Shown here: positions 45,942 through 54,712 of the stretch, piece after piece
Position numbering within the stretch: the first letter of the stretch is position 1
How the letters are laid out: every line of letters starts with the position of its first letter
Assembly: GCA_027340875.1 (NCBI GenBank)
Contig: DAIENX010000102.1
Coordinates: 1-54,712, forward strand
Length of the DNA: 54,712 nt
DNA from: Elusimicrobiota bacterium
GTDB taxonomy: Bacteria > Elusimicrobiota > Elusimicrobia > Elusimicrobiales > UBA9959
Direction: 5' to 3'
Made by a program: the position numbers and the translations under genes
Notes under the pieces: model-generated
What the model was told of the DNA's origin: nothing
The model's database searches: none
The model's input: the letters and a program-made list of their open reading frames with translations, nothing else

Positions 45942-47384
45942 TCAGCGCTGCAGCTTCTCTACCGGGGTGAGGAGGGCGTTGCCGGCGCCGAAGGCCTCCG
46001 GCATGACGGCCAGACCCTGCATGCCGGGTCTGGCTATGCGCGACGTCAGGTAGAAGAAGACCTCCTGCCCGCTCTGGTCCTCCTCGTGGGCGGCGGTCAG
46101 CAGGTTCAGCAGCGGTATGCGCCTCAACCAGGGCAGGCCGGCGTTGGCCGTGGCGATGCTCTTCATCTTGAGCCCGCCGATGACCGCGGTCTGCCCGTCC
46201 TCCAGCGTCAGCACGGTCCTGGCGCTGTTGTTGTCTATGATCTGGTCTATGTTGCCCTGCGAAGGCAGGAACTGGCGGTTGGTCATGTTTATGTCCAGCC
46301 GCACCAGGCTCTCGCCCAGCACCAGCGGCGTTATGCGCAGGCCCACGCCGGACTCTATGGCCTGCGTGCCGTAGACGGCCGAGCCGGCCGACGGCTGCTG
46401 CACCACCACGTAGCGGTTCTGGCCTATCTTCATCTCGGCTTCCTGGCCGCTCATCGTGGTTATGAACGGCCGGGCTATCACCCTGGCCTGCTGCTGCTGG
46501 AACAGCATGTTCATCAGCGCGCTGAACGTCAGCGGGCTCTTCACGGCCGGGTTCTGGCTGTAGGTGAACTCTAGCGAGCTCTCCTGCAGGGCCCAGACGT
46601 GTATCTTGCCGCCCGAGACCCTGCCCTTGGCGATGTTGCTGAACTGCGAGTTGAACTCCTGGTAGGCGCTGGAGTTGACGCTGACTATGACCGCCTCCAG
46701 CTGCACCGCGCCGGGATCGCGGTCGGCGCGGGCGAGCAGGTCCAGCGCCCCCTGCACCTCCCCTTCCGGCCCGGACAGGTAGATGCTGCGCAGGTCCGGC
46801 ACCCTGCTGATGCCGACGGAGCGCGGCTGGGGCAGCAGGTCGTTGAGCAGGCCGTAGGCGGTATCGGGCGTCAGGTACTTGAGCACGAAGCTCCGGGTAA
46901 CGGTGCCGCCCGGCGCGGCCGGCTGCTCGGCCGGCTTTACCGGCGCGTACTCCAGGAACAGCGTGTCGCCGCGCAGCCGCGCCGAGACGCCCAGCGGCTC
47001 CGTCAGCAGGCGCGCGGCTTCGGTGAGCGGCACGCCCTCGGCCTTGACGGTAACGCGCCCCGGCAGCCGCACGTCGCCCATGCGGTAAGGCATGCCGGCC
47101 CGGCCCATCAGCCGCAGGAACGCGGTGTCGGCCGGGGCGTCCACCAGGTCCAGCGTGACCACGGCGCCGGCCCCGGAGCCGTTCACGTCGAGCGTCCGGA
47201 ACTCCTCCGCCTGCCTGGCCAGCTTGGCCGCCTCTATCTCCTGGTTGCGCTTCATCAGGTCCGCCAGCAGCGCGGTCAGCTCCTTGTCCTTCTTCAGCGT
47301 GCCGGTGCTGCAGCCGCAGGCGAGCGCCAGCGCCAGCAGCGCTGCCGGCCTCCGCCAGGCGGTCCTGGTCATGCCTTCGTGCAT
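45942..47384 (-). CDS. Secretin-family (GspD/PilQ-like) outer-membrane protein, lipoprotein-like N-terminus
   Basis: VIARPFITT.SGQEA, GVGLRITP, DGQTAVIGGL, LPWL..IPLL; LALACGC. Confidence 0.8.
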   Translation of the reverse strand: MHEGMTRTAWRRPAALLALALACGCSTGTLKKDKELTALLADLMKRNQEIEAAKLARQAEEFRTLDVNGSGAGAVVTLDLVDAPADTAFLRLMGRAGMPYRMGDVRLPGRVTVKAEGVPLTEAARLLTEPLGVSARLRGDTLFLEYAPVKPAEQPAAPGGTVTRSFVLKYLTPDTAYGLLNDLLPQPRSVGISRVPDLRSIYLSGPEGEVQGALDLLARADRDPGAVQLEAVIVSVNSSAYQEFNSQFSNIAKGRVSGGKIHVWALQESSLEFTYSQNPAVKSPLTFSALMNMLFQQQQARVIARPFITTMSGQEAEMKIGQNRYVVVQQPSAGSAVYGTQAIESGVGLRITPLVLGESLVRLDINMTNRQFLPSQGNIDQIIDNNSARTVLTLEDGQTAVIGGLKMKSIATANAGLPWLRRIPLLNLLTAAHEEDQSGQEVFFYLTSRIARPGMQGLAVMPEAFGAGNALLTPVEKLQR

Positions 47385-47403
47385 AGCTCCCCCAATATGG
47401 CCG

Positions 47404-49236
47404 CTATCTCCTGAACGTCACCTTCGGGAAGGCCTCCGGCGGCGTGCACACCGGCTGCCAGTAGGCCGAGACCACGCCGGACACCCCCGTCGGGTCGAAG
47501 CCGGACGCCACCGCCAGCGTGCTCTTGGCCGTCTCGCCCACGTCCTTCTCCAGCATCATGTCCAGGTTGACCAGCGCGTACTGCTTCTTGAGGTACTCCT
47601 CGGCTTCGGCGTGGCCCGCGCAGGCGGCGTGCAGCCTGGCGGCTATCCCCGGCGTGGTCAGCTTGTCGAAGTTCCTGGAGTAGTCGTTCACCCACATGTC
47701 CACGTTCTCTTTTGCCTCGATGCCGAGGGCCGCGCCGCCCTTGGCCAGCGTGAAGGCTTTGACTATCTGCGGATAATAGCTCGTCATGCCCGAAGTGCCG
47801 CCGGCGCTGGCTATGTTCATGGCCAGCATCGCCGGGGCTACCACCATCTGCGCCGTATTGGTTATGCAGGTGACGGTGCCGTCGGCGCAGCCCGCGCCGC
47901 ACTCGGTCTTGCTCTTAGGGCAGTCCATCCAGCAGACCGGCCCGACGCCGTGATACCCGTCTTTGCAGGGCTTGTAGCACAGCGCCGCGTCCTCCTCCAG
48001 GCCGGCCGCGCAGTCCATCGGCGCGCCCACGCCGCGGCCGTACGAGTCCTTTATGATGTCCAGACCGGAAAGCCCGCGCCAGCCGGGCGGCACCGCCGGG
48101 GTCTTCAGCGCGCAGAAAAGGCCCGCGTTGACGTAGCCGGAGGGGCACTCCAGCTTCTTCATCATGCATTTGCCGAAGAGCTTCCAGGAGCAGACCCACT
48201 TGCCGCCCTTCGTCAGCGGCTTGTCTATGTGGCAGAAGGCGCCGGTGTCCACGTAGCCGGAAGGACAGCTGCGCCAGCAGACCGGGCCCACGCCGTCGTA
48301 GCCGCTTTTGCACTTCGGGTAGCAGAGCCAGGCGTCCTTTTCCTTATCCGGCGGGCAGGAGCTCAGCGGCACGCCCACGCCGCGGCCGTAGGAGTCGCGG
48401 TAGCAGTAGGGCTGGCGGGCGGAAGCCACCTCCTGGGCCAGCCATTCCATCACCTGGCTTGTATCCTTCCTGTCCAGCGGGTTTTCCGGGGGGGAAGGCT
48501 GAGCGGGAGCGGCCTGCGCATTAGTGGCCGGAGCGGCCAGCGCCTTCTTCCGGGTTTCCAGCTCCCTTAAAGCCTGTTGGTTTTTGGCCGACTCGGCCTT
48601 GTCCCTGTCGGCCTTCGTCCTCAGCTGCTCCTTCTGTTTGCGGAGCAACTCCTTCAACTGGCCCGTCAGCTGCGGGTCCAGACCGGAGGCGGCCGCACGC
48701 AGCTTCGGGCTGGCGGCCAGCGTCCCGGCGGCCGCACCCTCTTCTTCCAGGAAATACTCGCGCAGCGCCTTGGAGACGAAAGGCTGCAGCTCCGCGTTGA
48801 GCGAGAGCCTGTCGAGCGCGGCTTCCAGCTTCTCCTTGGAGGCCCCGTATTTTTCCATCGCCGCGCCCAGTGCCCCGGCGTCCTGCTCGCTGAGCTTGCC
48901 CGCCTGGAGCTTCTGCAGCAGGGGCTCCGACTCCTTCAGCGCCGCCCTGTATCTTTTGCCGCAATCCTCCAGCCGGCCGGCCTTTTCCAGCGCGCCGTCC
49001 AGGAACTTGGCGTCGGCGGGGGCGACCTCCATCAGGTCGCCGCCGGCCAGCTCGTTGATGTACTCCTCGGCCTGCGCCCTCGGCAGGCCGGCCGGCGCCT
49101 TGAGAGCGGCTATGGCGTCGGCCAGGCCGGCGCATTCGTCCATGACGCCGGAAGCGCGCGTGAGGGCCGTAACGTCCGGCGGCGCCGAAGCCGCCGGCTG
49201 CGCCGCGGCCAGCAATACCGCTATGATATATCCCAT
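47404..49236 (-). CDS. Secreted protein with helical N-terminal half and duplicated Cys-rich module
   Basis: Two copies of YGRGVG...C...DA.LCY..C..GY.GVGPVCW..CP. Confidence 0.75.
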   Translation of the reverse strand: MGYIIAVLLAAAQPAASAPPDVTALTRASGVMDECAGLADAIAALKAPAGLPRAQAEEYINELAGGDLMEVAPADAKFLDGALEKAGRLEDCGKRYRAALKESEPLLQKLQAGKLSEQDAGALGAAMEKYGASKEKLEAALDRLSLNAELQPFVSKALREYFLEEEGAAAGTLAASPKLRAAASGLDPQLTGQLKELLRKQKEQLRTKADRDKAESAKNQQALRELETRKKALAAPATNAQAAPAQPSPPENPLDRKDTSQVMEWLAQEVASARQPYCYRDSYGRGVGVPLSSCPPDKEKDAWLCYPKCKSGYDGVGPVCWRSCPSGYVDTGAFCHIDKPLTKGGKWVCSWKLFGKCMMKKLECPSGYVNAGLFCALKTPAVPPGWRGLSGLDIIKDSYGRGVGAPMDCAAGLEEDAALCYKPCKDGYHGVGPVCWMDCPKSKTECGAGCADGTVTCITNTAQMVVAPAMLAMNIASAGGTSGMTSYYPQIVKAFTLAKGGAALGIEAKENVDMWVNDYSRNFDKLTTPGIAARLHAACAGHAEAEEYLKKQYALVNLDMMLEKDVGETAKSTLAVASGFDPTGVSGVVSAYWQPVCTPPEAFPKVTFRR

Positions 49237-49557
49237 ATGCCCCCCTTGCGCGGAAATAGCGCGGCGGCGTGCGACGGAAAGCCGTTCCCGCAGGGCGGGC
49301 CCGTTGCCGCAGATATTTCCGCTATGTGATGCGCGGGTTCCCGCGCGGCCCGCAAGCCCCCCGGCTTCCGGGCGTTCCCTCAGGGCTATGCTGCAAAAAC
49401 AGCGGACGCCAGGTCAAGTCGCCAGTTCATATTAGACCGGGGCCGTACGTCCCGGCCGGGATGCCCACGCGCGCCTGGGCCCTTTTCCCGGCGCCGTCTT
49501 CCCGACTTGCTCATGTGCGCCGTCTTCCGGACGGTTATACTATAGTCGAGGAAAATA

Positions 49558-50943
49558 ATGCGAAAAACTCTTTTCATCATCATTATCGCGGGCATAACTT
49601 CCACGGCGCAGTCGGCGGAATTCTCCGACTTGGCCGTAAGCGCCTCTAAGATAAAAGCCATGGACGCGCGGGCCATCCCTGCTCCGCGCGCGGCGGCTGG
49701 AATTACGGAGCAGGTCCCGGCCCAGGACGCCTGCCGGACCGAGATGTCCGGCATGCTTGGCGCGCTGGACGGCGCCCCGGCGCGCGGCACCAAGGCCGAT
49801 ATGGACGCGCTCTTCGCTCTGCGCGCCCGGCTGGTCCATTCCGTCGGCAGGTCCGCCTGCGTGCGCGAGCTGGTATCTCAGGCCCGGCACGCGCAGGACG
49901 ACATAGGCGTCTCTCTGCTGGGCGGGGGAACGAAGGCGTCGGAACCGTTCAAGGGCGATATCAACGTGGAGACCGACGGCCCTTTCAGCTTCCCCGGCGA
50001 CCTCAGGACCGGCGACGTGATGCTCAGCCGCGGCCTTAACCTTATGGGCTCCGTGGCGGCCCGCATGTCCGTCACGCCAGGGGAATACAGCCACCTCGGA
50101 ATGGTCTGGCGCGACCCGGCCGACGGCCAGGTGTTCATCCTGTCCTCCGACAGCGGGGTAGGCGCGGCCGTAGAGCCGCTGGCGAAGTTCACCGCCGGCA
50201 GGGCCCGCCTGATAGTGCTGCGCTACGAGGACGAGGCCCTCGCCCGGAAGGCCGCCGAGCTGATGCATGACCGCATGCTGGGCGGGCATATACCGTACGA
50301 CTATTTCATGAACTACGATGACGATTCCGCCCTTTACTGCACCGAGGTCGCGGCCGCCGCTTTCCGTATGGCCGGCGGCCCCGCCGTGCCGCTGGAGCTG
50401 AGCCGCCTGCCCGGCGGCGGCCGCAGCAAGACGTATTCCAACATCGGCATCCGCAAGCCCTACGTGTTCGTGGCACAGGACGCGGAGGTGGACCCCAGGT
50501 TCCGCGTAGTCGCGGAGTGGACTGATTACGCCAGGATAGGGGAGATGAACAGGATAGACGCGCTTTACGGCAAGATGGCCGAGTGGATGGATCGCGAGGA
50601 TTACGACTTCTCCCGGAACATCCTGAACCAGGCGCTGGGCCAGGTGCTGATGGTCCTCGGCAAGAAGAGGATCCACGACGCCGTCGGCGACCTGCCTACC
50701 GGCATCGGACGCGATGCGGTGGATTATACCCTGACTATATATCAGTTCATGTCGCTGATGCAGCGCAAGCTGGATTACGAGATGCGCAAGAGCCCCGGCT
50801 ACCACACGCTGGCGGAGTTCAATTCCGCGCTGGAGAGGATACGCCTGGAGGAATACAAGGAGTACCGCGACGCCGATCTGTTCGGCGAGCAGGTCCCCTC
50901 GGGCAACATGCACCTCTACCTGCGGCCCAAGCGGCTGAAATAG
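49558..50943 (+). CDS. Exported permuted papain-like (YiiX/YebB, NlpC/P60) cysteine hydrolase
   Basis: LRTGDVMLSRG, YSHLGMV, PYDY, LYCTEV (His before Cys). Confidence 0.8.
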   Translation: MRKTLFIIIIAGITSTAQSAEFSDLAVSASKIKAMDARAIPAPRAAAGITEQVPAQDACRTEMSGMLGALDGAPARGTKADMDALFALRARLVHSVGRSACVRELVSQARHAQDDIGVSLLGGGTKASEPFKGDINVETDGPFSFPGDLRTGDVMLSRGLNLMGSVAARMSVTPGEYSHLGMVWRDPADGQVFILSSDSGVGAAVEPLAKFTAGRARLIVLRYEDEALARKAAELMHDRMLGGHIPYDYFMNYDDDSALYCTEVAAAAFRMAGGPAVPLELSRLPGGGRSKTYSNIGIRKPYVFVAQDAEVDPRFRVVAEWTDYARIGEMNRIDALYGKMAEWMDREDYDFSRNILNQALGQVLMVLGKKRIHDAVGDLPTGIGRDAVDYTLTIYQFMSLMQRKLDYEMRKSPGYHTLAEFNSALERIRLEEYKEYRDADLFGEQVPSGNMHLYLRPKRLK

Positions 50944-51157
50944 TCCGCGAAGTCCGCCGTTCGTTGACCGCCGCCGGGGAAACCCCTACCCGTTGTCTTA
51001 GATCCTATTGTTTGCAGGTCTAACCGTCTGTGTCTGCCTTGGGCGCGGAGCCAAAGGGCAGGGCAAGCCGGCGGTTCTGTTTTTCCCCGGGTCGCAGTGA
51101 ACTTTTTCGCGGGTTTTGGCACATACAGGGCAGAACTGCAGCTATCGGAGGAAGTTT

Positions 51158-51478
51158 ATGTCTGGAAAGTTCTGGCTTTCTGTCTTGTTCGTGGCCGCGG
51201 CTATCTCCATTCCCGCGGCGGTAAAGGCCTTTTCCCCGGACAACGGGAAGGGGCTGGCCTGCGGCGGCAATGACGGCCCCGTCTGCGCGCTGTACCGGGT
51301 ATGCAAGCCCATATTGGAGAAGTACCCGGAATCCGAGGTCGCCGGGGCCGGCAAGGACTGTACGCTGACCATAGAGGACCGCCAGCTCATCATAAGAAGG
51401 AAAAGTACCGATCGGGGCACGGGCTATTTCTTTTATTACAGGACCTTACAGGCGCGTGGGACGGCCGTGGCGCGCTGA
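51158..51478 (+). CDS. Small secreted hypothetical protein
   Basis: RBS ggagg, signal peptide, four Cys. Confidence 0.55.
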   Translation: MSGKFWLSVLFVAAAISIPAAVKAFSPDNGKGLACGGNDGPVCALYRVCKPILEKYPESEVAGAGKDCTLTIEDRQLIIRRKSTDRGTGYFFYYRTLQARGTAVAR

Positions 51479-51535
51479 CGGGCGTTTATTGCGGAGCGCC
51501 GCGAATAACCATATAATTTTTTTACCGTAGAGAAT

Positions 51536-52138
51536 ATGGGACCCCCTGACAAGAAGGAACTGGCCGCGCGGGAGAACGCCCTGGCGGAGCGTTTTATCGG
51601 CGGCGATGTCTCGGCCTTCGCGGACCTGGTGGAGCTGTACAAGGACCGCGTGCACCGGTTCATCACCTGCATTCTCGGCCCGGACAGGGAGTCGGAGGAT
51701 ATAGCGCAGGAAGTCTTCATACAGGTCTACCGGTCGCTGGAGAGCTTCAGGCGCGAGTCGCGGCTCAGTACGTGGATATACGCTCTGGCGCGCAATGTCT
51801 GCCGCCGCCGGCTGCGCGAGCGGGGGCGCGAGGCGGGGCTGTTCGCGGCGGCCGCGGACGAAGACGGGTACGAGCCGCCGGACGCCGCGCCGTCGGCGGA
51901 ATCGGCTTTCGAGGGCATGGAGAGCGGGCGGGCCGTACGCGACGCCGTGGACGGGCTTTCGCCGCTGCACCGTTCCGTCATCTTCCTGAGCTGCTGGGAG
52001 CAGCTGTCGTACCAGGAGATAGCTGACGCGCTGGATATCCCCGTGGGTACCGTGCGCTCGCGCATACATAACGCCATGGCGGCGCTGGCGGCGAGGCTTA
52101 AAGCGGTCCTGGCCCCGGAGAGAGGTGAAAAGCAATGA
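51536..52138 (+). CDS. ECF sigma-70 factor
   Basis: EDIAQEVF, LSTWIY, LSYQEIADALDIPVGTVRSRIH. Confidence 0.9.
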   Translation: MGPPDKKELAARENALAERFIGGDVSAFADLVELYKDRVHRFITCILGPDRESEDIAQEVFIQVYRSLESFRRESRLSTWIYALARNVCRRRLRERGREAGLFAAAADEDGYEPPDAAPSAESAFEGMESGRAVRDAVDGLSPLHRSVIFLSCWEQLSYQEIADALDIPVGTVRSRIHNAMAALAARLKAVLAPERGEKQ

Positions 52139-52626
52139 ACTGCCTTTCCAAAGAGCAGCTTGTCGACTATATTTTCAGCGGGGATGGCCCGCTCCGCGCG
52201 TCCATGGAGGCGCACGTCAGCGCATGTCCCGGCTGCCGGGCCAGGATAGAGTCTTTGGAACGGCTCAGGGCGGCCGCTGCTTCGGCCCCGCTGACGCCGG
52301 TTTCCGGGGATTTCACTGCCAGGCTTATGCGGAGCCTGCCGGCCGGAACGCCGCGGAGAGGATACCTGCGCGAGTTCTACGGGTATTTGTTCAGGCCGGC
52401 CTGGGCTTTAGGCCTGGCCGCCTGCGCCGTCATCCTCTATTTCGGCGCGGTAGCGCTGAAGGGGCCCGGGCTCGCCAAGGCGGATACGGCGGAAGTGCTT
52501 TATTTTTCCGACGGTCCGGCCACGGTCAGGAGCGGGCTGTCCGCGCCGGCGGGGACGGCCGTACATAAACAGGGAGTATATTCCTACACGGACAGCTGCG
52601 CGACGGCCAGGTGCGGGATGCTGTAG
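52135..52626 (+). CDS. zf-HC2 (ZAS) anti-sigma factor
   Basis: HVSACPGC, single TM helix, ATGA overlap. Confidence 0.8.
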   Translation: MNCLSKEQLVDYIFSGDGPLRASMEAHVSACPGCRARIESLERLRAAAASAPLTPVSGDFTARLMRSLPAGTPRRGYLREFYGYLFRPAWALGLAACAVILYFGAVALKGPGLAKADTAEVLYFSDGPATVRSGLSAPAGTAVHKQGVYSYTDSCATARCGML

Positions 52627-52687
52627 TGAACTTTTCCGGGCCGGAAGGCACTGACAGCGAAAGCTTCGTAGCAAGGGAGATAACTGT

Positions 52688-54190
52688 ATGAAAGCAAAGA
52701 TCCTTTACGTCATGCTGGGCGCGGCCCTGCTGCCGGCCGCGTTCGCCGCCGCGGCGCGCGCGCAGGAGAACGAGACCCCCAACGGGCGCCTGACCGGCGG
52801 CGCGCGTCCCGGCGGGGAGGACCTTCTCGAGAGACGCCTTTCCTCCATAAGAGTGAAAGGCGCCACTCTCGAGGATTTCCTGTCCATCGTGTCCAGTCAG
52901 ACCGGGGTATCGTTCACGCTGGCCCCCGGGCTGGCCGATTCTCATGTTACGGTGTTCCTGCGCGACAGCTCGCTGGGGGATGTAATGGCGCTCCTGAAGG
53001 CAACCAAGCGTCTGGAATTCCGCCGGTACGCGGCAGGGGACAGTTACCGGGTTTCGCGGATCGCGGCGCCTTTCGGGAATTTTCCGCCGCTTACCCGCAA
53101 GGAGATCGAGAGCCCGTTGCTGCAGAGGGTGGTGGAGGGTGTGCGGGTGAAGGAAGCGCCGTTAGTCACCTTCCTGGATATCGTTTCCGCGAAGGCCAAG
53201 GTGAATTTCGTGGTGACGGAGGACACCCGGGAAATTCGTGTAACCACCTTCATAAGAAATACGACCGTGGCCGATATTTTATTGTTCCTCCGGGGCAAGG
53301 GTATTTCTTATTCCCTGATAGGGAAGACCAACACTTTCGTGCTGCGCGGGATGACGAAGCCGGCCGACGATGATTTCGTCAAAGCCGAGGAGGCTTTCAA
53401 GGACGCGCGGTACGAGGAGGCCGCGGGCCTCTATAAGAAGATAGCGCAGCAATATCCGGATTCGGAGCTGGCCGATTACTCCCTTTTGAAAGCCGCCGTC
53501 AATTACGACTGGATAGCCGCGCGCGACAACGCCCCCGAGGCTTTGAAAGAGGAGGAAGCGCTCCTGAGGCTCCTCATAAATGAGTACCCCAGGAGCCAGA
53601 GGCTGGGCGACGCCTACCTTTACCTGGGGCAGATCTATTCCGGTTACGGCGGCGTCAAAACGCAGGCGGATTGCGAGAAGGCCGTACAGCTTTACGAATC
53701 GGCTATACAGAACACCTACCGCGACTGGGTAAAGGCCCAGGCGAGCGGCAGGATAGCGCAGTGCTACGAGCTGGCCGGGAAGAAGGAGAAGGCCGCGGCC
53801 ATGTACGCCGAGATACAGGAGAAATACCCGGGTACCGAGGCCGCCAGGGAGCTGCGCGGCCGGGCCGGCGAACAGGACCCGCTCCTTTCCAGCGGGGCCG
53901 TGCTCGAGGGAAAAGGGCTTTATAAGCTGGCCATCGATATATACCAGTCGCGCTGGGACGGTTCCACGGAGGCATCGCTGCGCAAAGCGGAGCTGCGCAT
54001 AGGCATCTGCCAGGCGGCCATGAAGGATACCGGCGACGCCGTGAAGACCTTCGACGCGTACTTGGAGAAGTATAAGCCGGCCCCCGGGGACGAGGCCTAT
54101 TCGCAGATGGTGGAGGCGCTGGAAAAAGCCGGCAAAGAGGACGCGGCGAAGAAATACCGGAAAAAAGGGTCTGTAGCCGCCGGGCACTGA
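52688..54190 (+). CDS. Exported protein with two STN/secretin-N0-like domains and TPR repeats
   Basis: Signal peptide; duplicated RVK.A.L..FL.IVS....V.F...VT.F; BamD/YfiO-like TPRs (YPDSELAD, YPRSQ..DAY). Confidence 0.7.
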   Translation: MKAKILYVMLGAALLPAAFAAAARAQENETPNGRLTGGARPGGEDLLERRLSSIRVKGATLEDFLSIVSSQTGVSFTLAPGLADSHVTVFLRDSSLGDVMALLKATKRLEFRRYAAGDSYRVSRIAAPFGNFPPLTRKEIESPLLQRVVEGVRVKEAPLVTFLDIVSAKAKVNFVVTEDTREIRVTTFIRNTTVADILLFLRGKGISYSLIGKTNTFVLRGMTKPADDDFVKAEEAFKDARYEEAAGLYKKIAQQYPDSELADYSLLKAAVNYDWIAARDNAPEALKEEEALLRLLINEYPRSQRLGDAYLYLGQIYSGYGGVKTQADCEKAVQLYESAIQNTYRDWVKAQASGRIAQCYELAGKKEKAAAMYAEIQEKYPGTEAARELRGRAGEQDPLLSSGAVLEGKGLYKLAIDIYQSRWDGSTEASLRKAELRIGICQAAMKDTGDAVKTFDAYLEKYKPAPGDEAYSQMVEALEKAGKEDAAKKYRKKGSVAAGH

Positions 54191-54361
54191 TGCCACGTAC
54201 GGTATGGTATAGCGGCTGCAGGTCACGGATCCATGATCAGGAACCGCCGGGGAAACCCGGCGGTTCCGTTTTTTGCGAGGTCAGGCGCGGCCTCTCCCTT
54301 ACACGCCTGCGGAAAAGATATATACTATCCTTCAAGGGGAGGGACCAGGGGGATCATCGAC

Positions 54362-54712
54362 ATGGACGAAGGGAAAAGCGTCAAAAGGGGCATCGAGGAG
54401 AGCGCGGCGAGGCTGTTCGCCGGGCACCTGTTCGGTTCCGTCCCTTACGAGATAAAGCACCGCAAGGAAGACGATTCCGTCGACATAGAGATAGACGGCA
54501 GGATCCAGCTGCAGGTCACGCAGGTCGGGCCCGGCAAGGAGTTCTACGCGGCCAGGGCTTACGACGCCGGCGGCCCCGGGCCAGTTCCCAGGGATATAGT
54601 AGCTCAGGTGTTCGAGGCCATAGACCGCAAGACCACTAAGAAGATCTCCTCGGACGCGGAGAACATCGTGCTCCTGCTCTACTGCGACATGGGCCTGGCG
54701 GAGTTCGAGCGG
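54362..54712 (+). CDS. Hypothetical protein, runs off the window end
   Basis: ATG at 54362 after a purine-rich stretch, open to the end with host-like codons (MDEGKSVKRG...). Confidence 0.55.
   Translation, partial: MDEGKSVKRGIEESAARLFAGHLFGSVPYEIKHRKEDDSVDIEIDGRIQLQVTQVGPGKEFYAARAYDAGGPGPVPRDIVAQVFEAIDRKTTKKISSDAENIVLLLYCDMGLAEFER

Overview
GC-rich bacterial chromosome segment. The host is possibly Elusimicrobiota, inferred from frequent ATA codons, a T9SS-like C-terminal sorting domain/PorV pair and an Ehr operon; this is not provable here. Host-like genes: Ycf46-type AAA ATPase, exported TldD/TldE pair, polysaccharide deacetylase, a six-gene hyf/ehr membrane complex interrupted by a MITE, SulP-STAS-cNMP transporter, AddA/UvrD helicase-nuclease, two ECF sigma/anti-sigma pairs, aldo-keto reductase, rsgA and a secretin. 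An accessory island at about 21.5-37.6 kb carries an MqsRA-like TA pair coupled to a KGGVGR ATPase-TPR gene, a truncated ubiquitin-like (Ubl + E2/E1) module, a surface protein + PorV cassette, four intact and one truncated ORF6N paralogs, and a RelE/HTH TA pair. Standout signals: (1) the hypervariable core of each ORF6N gene is a covarying DNA palindrome, and six more such palindromic core fragments form a non-coding array at 36050-36227; (2) eight same-orientation copies of a GGTCAGGTCTTGA...TGACAT element partition the island and cut three genes at their left edge; (3) a promoter-to-terminator bounded, nearly adenine-free structured region at about 6294-6664; (4) a CGACA-N6-TGTCG box at a fixed 11-nt distance from a -10 element in nine promoter-like sites. 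No rRNA, tRNA, CRISPR array, integrase, transposase or reverse transcriptase was seen. All calls are by eye, with no database searches.
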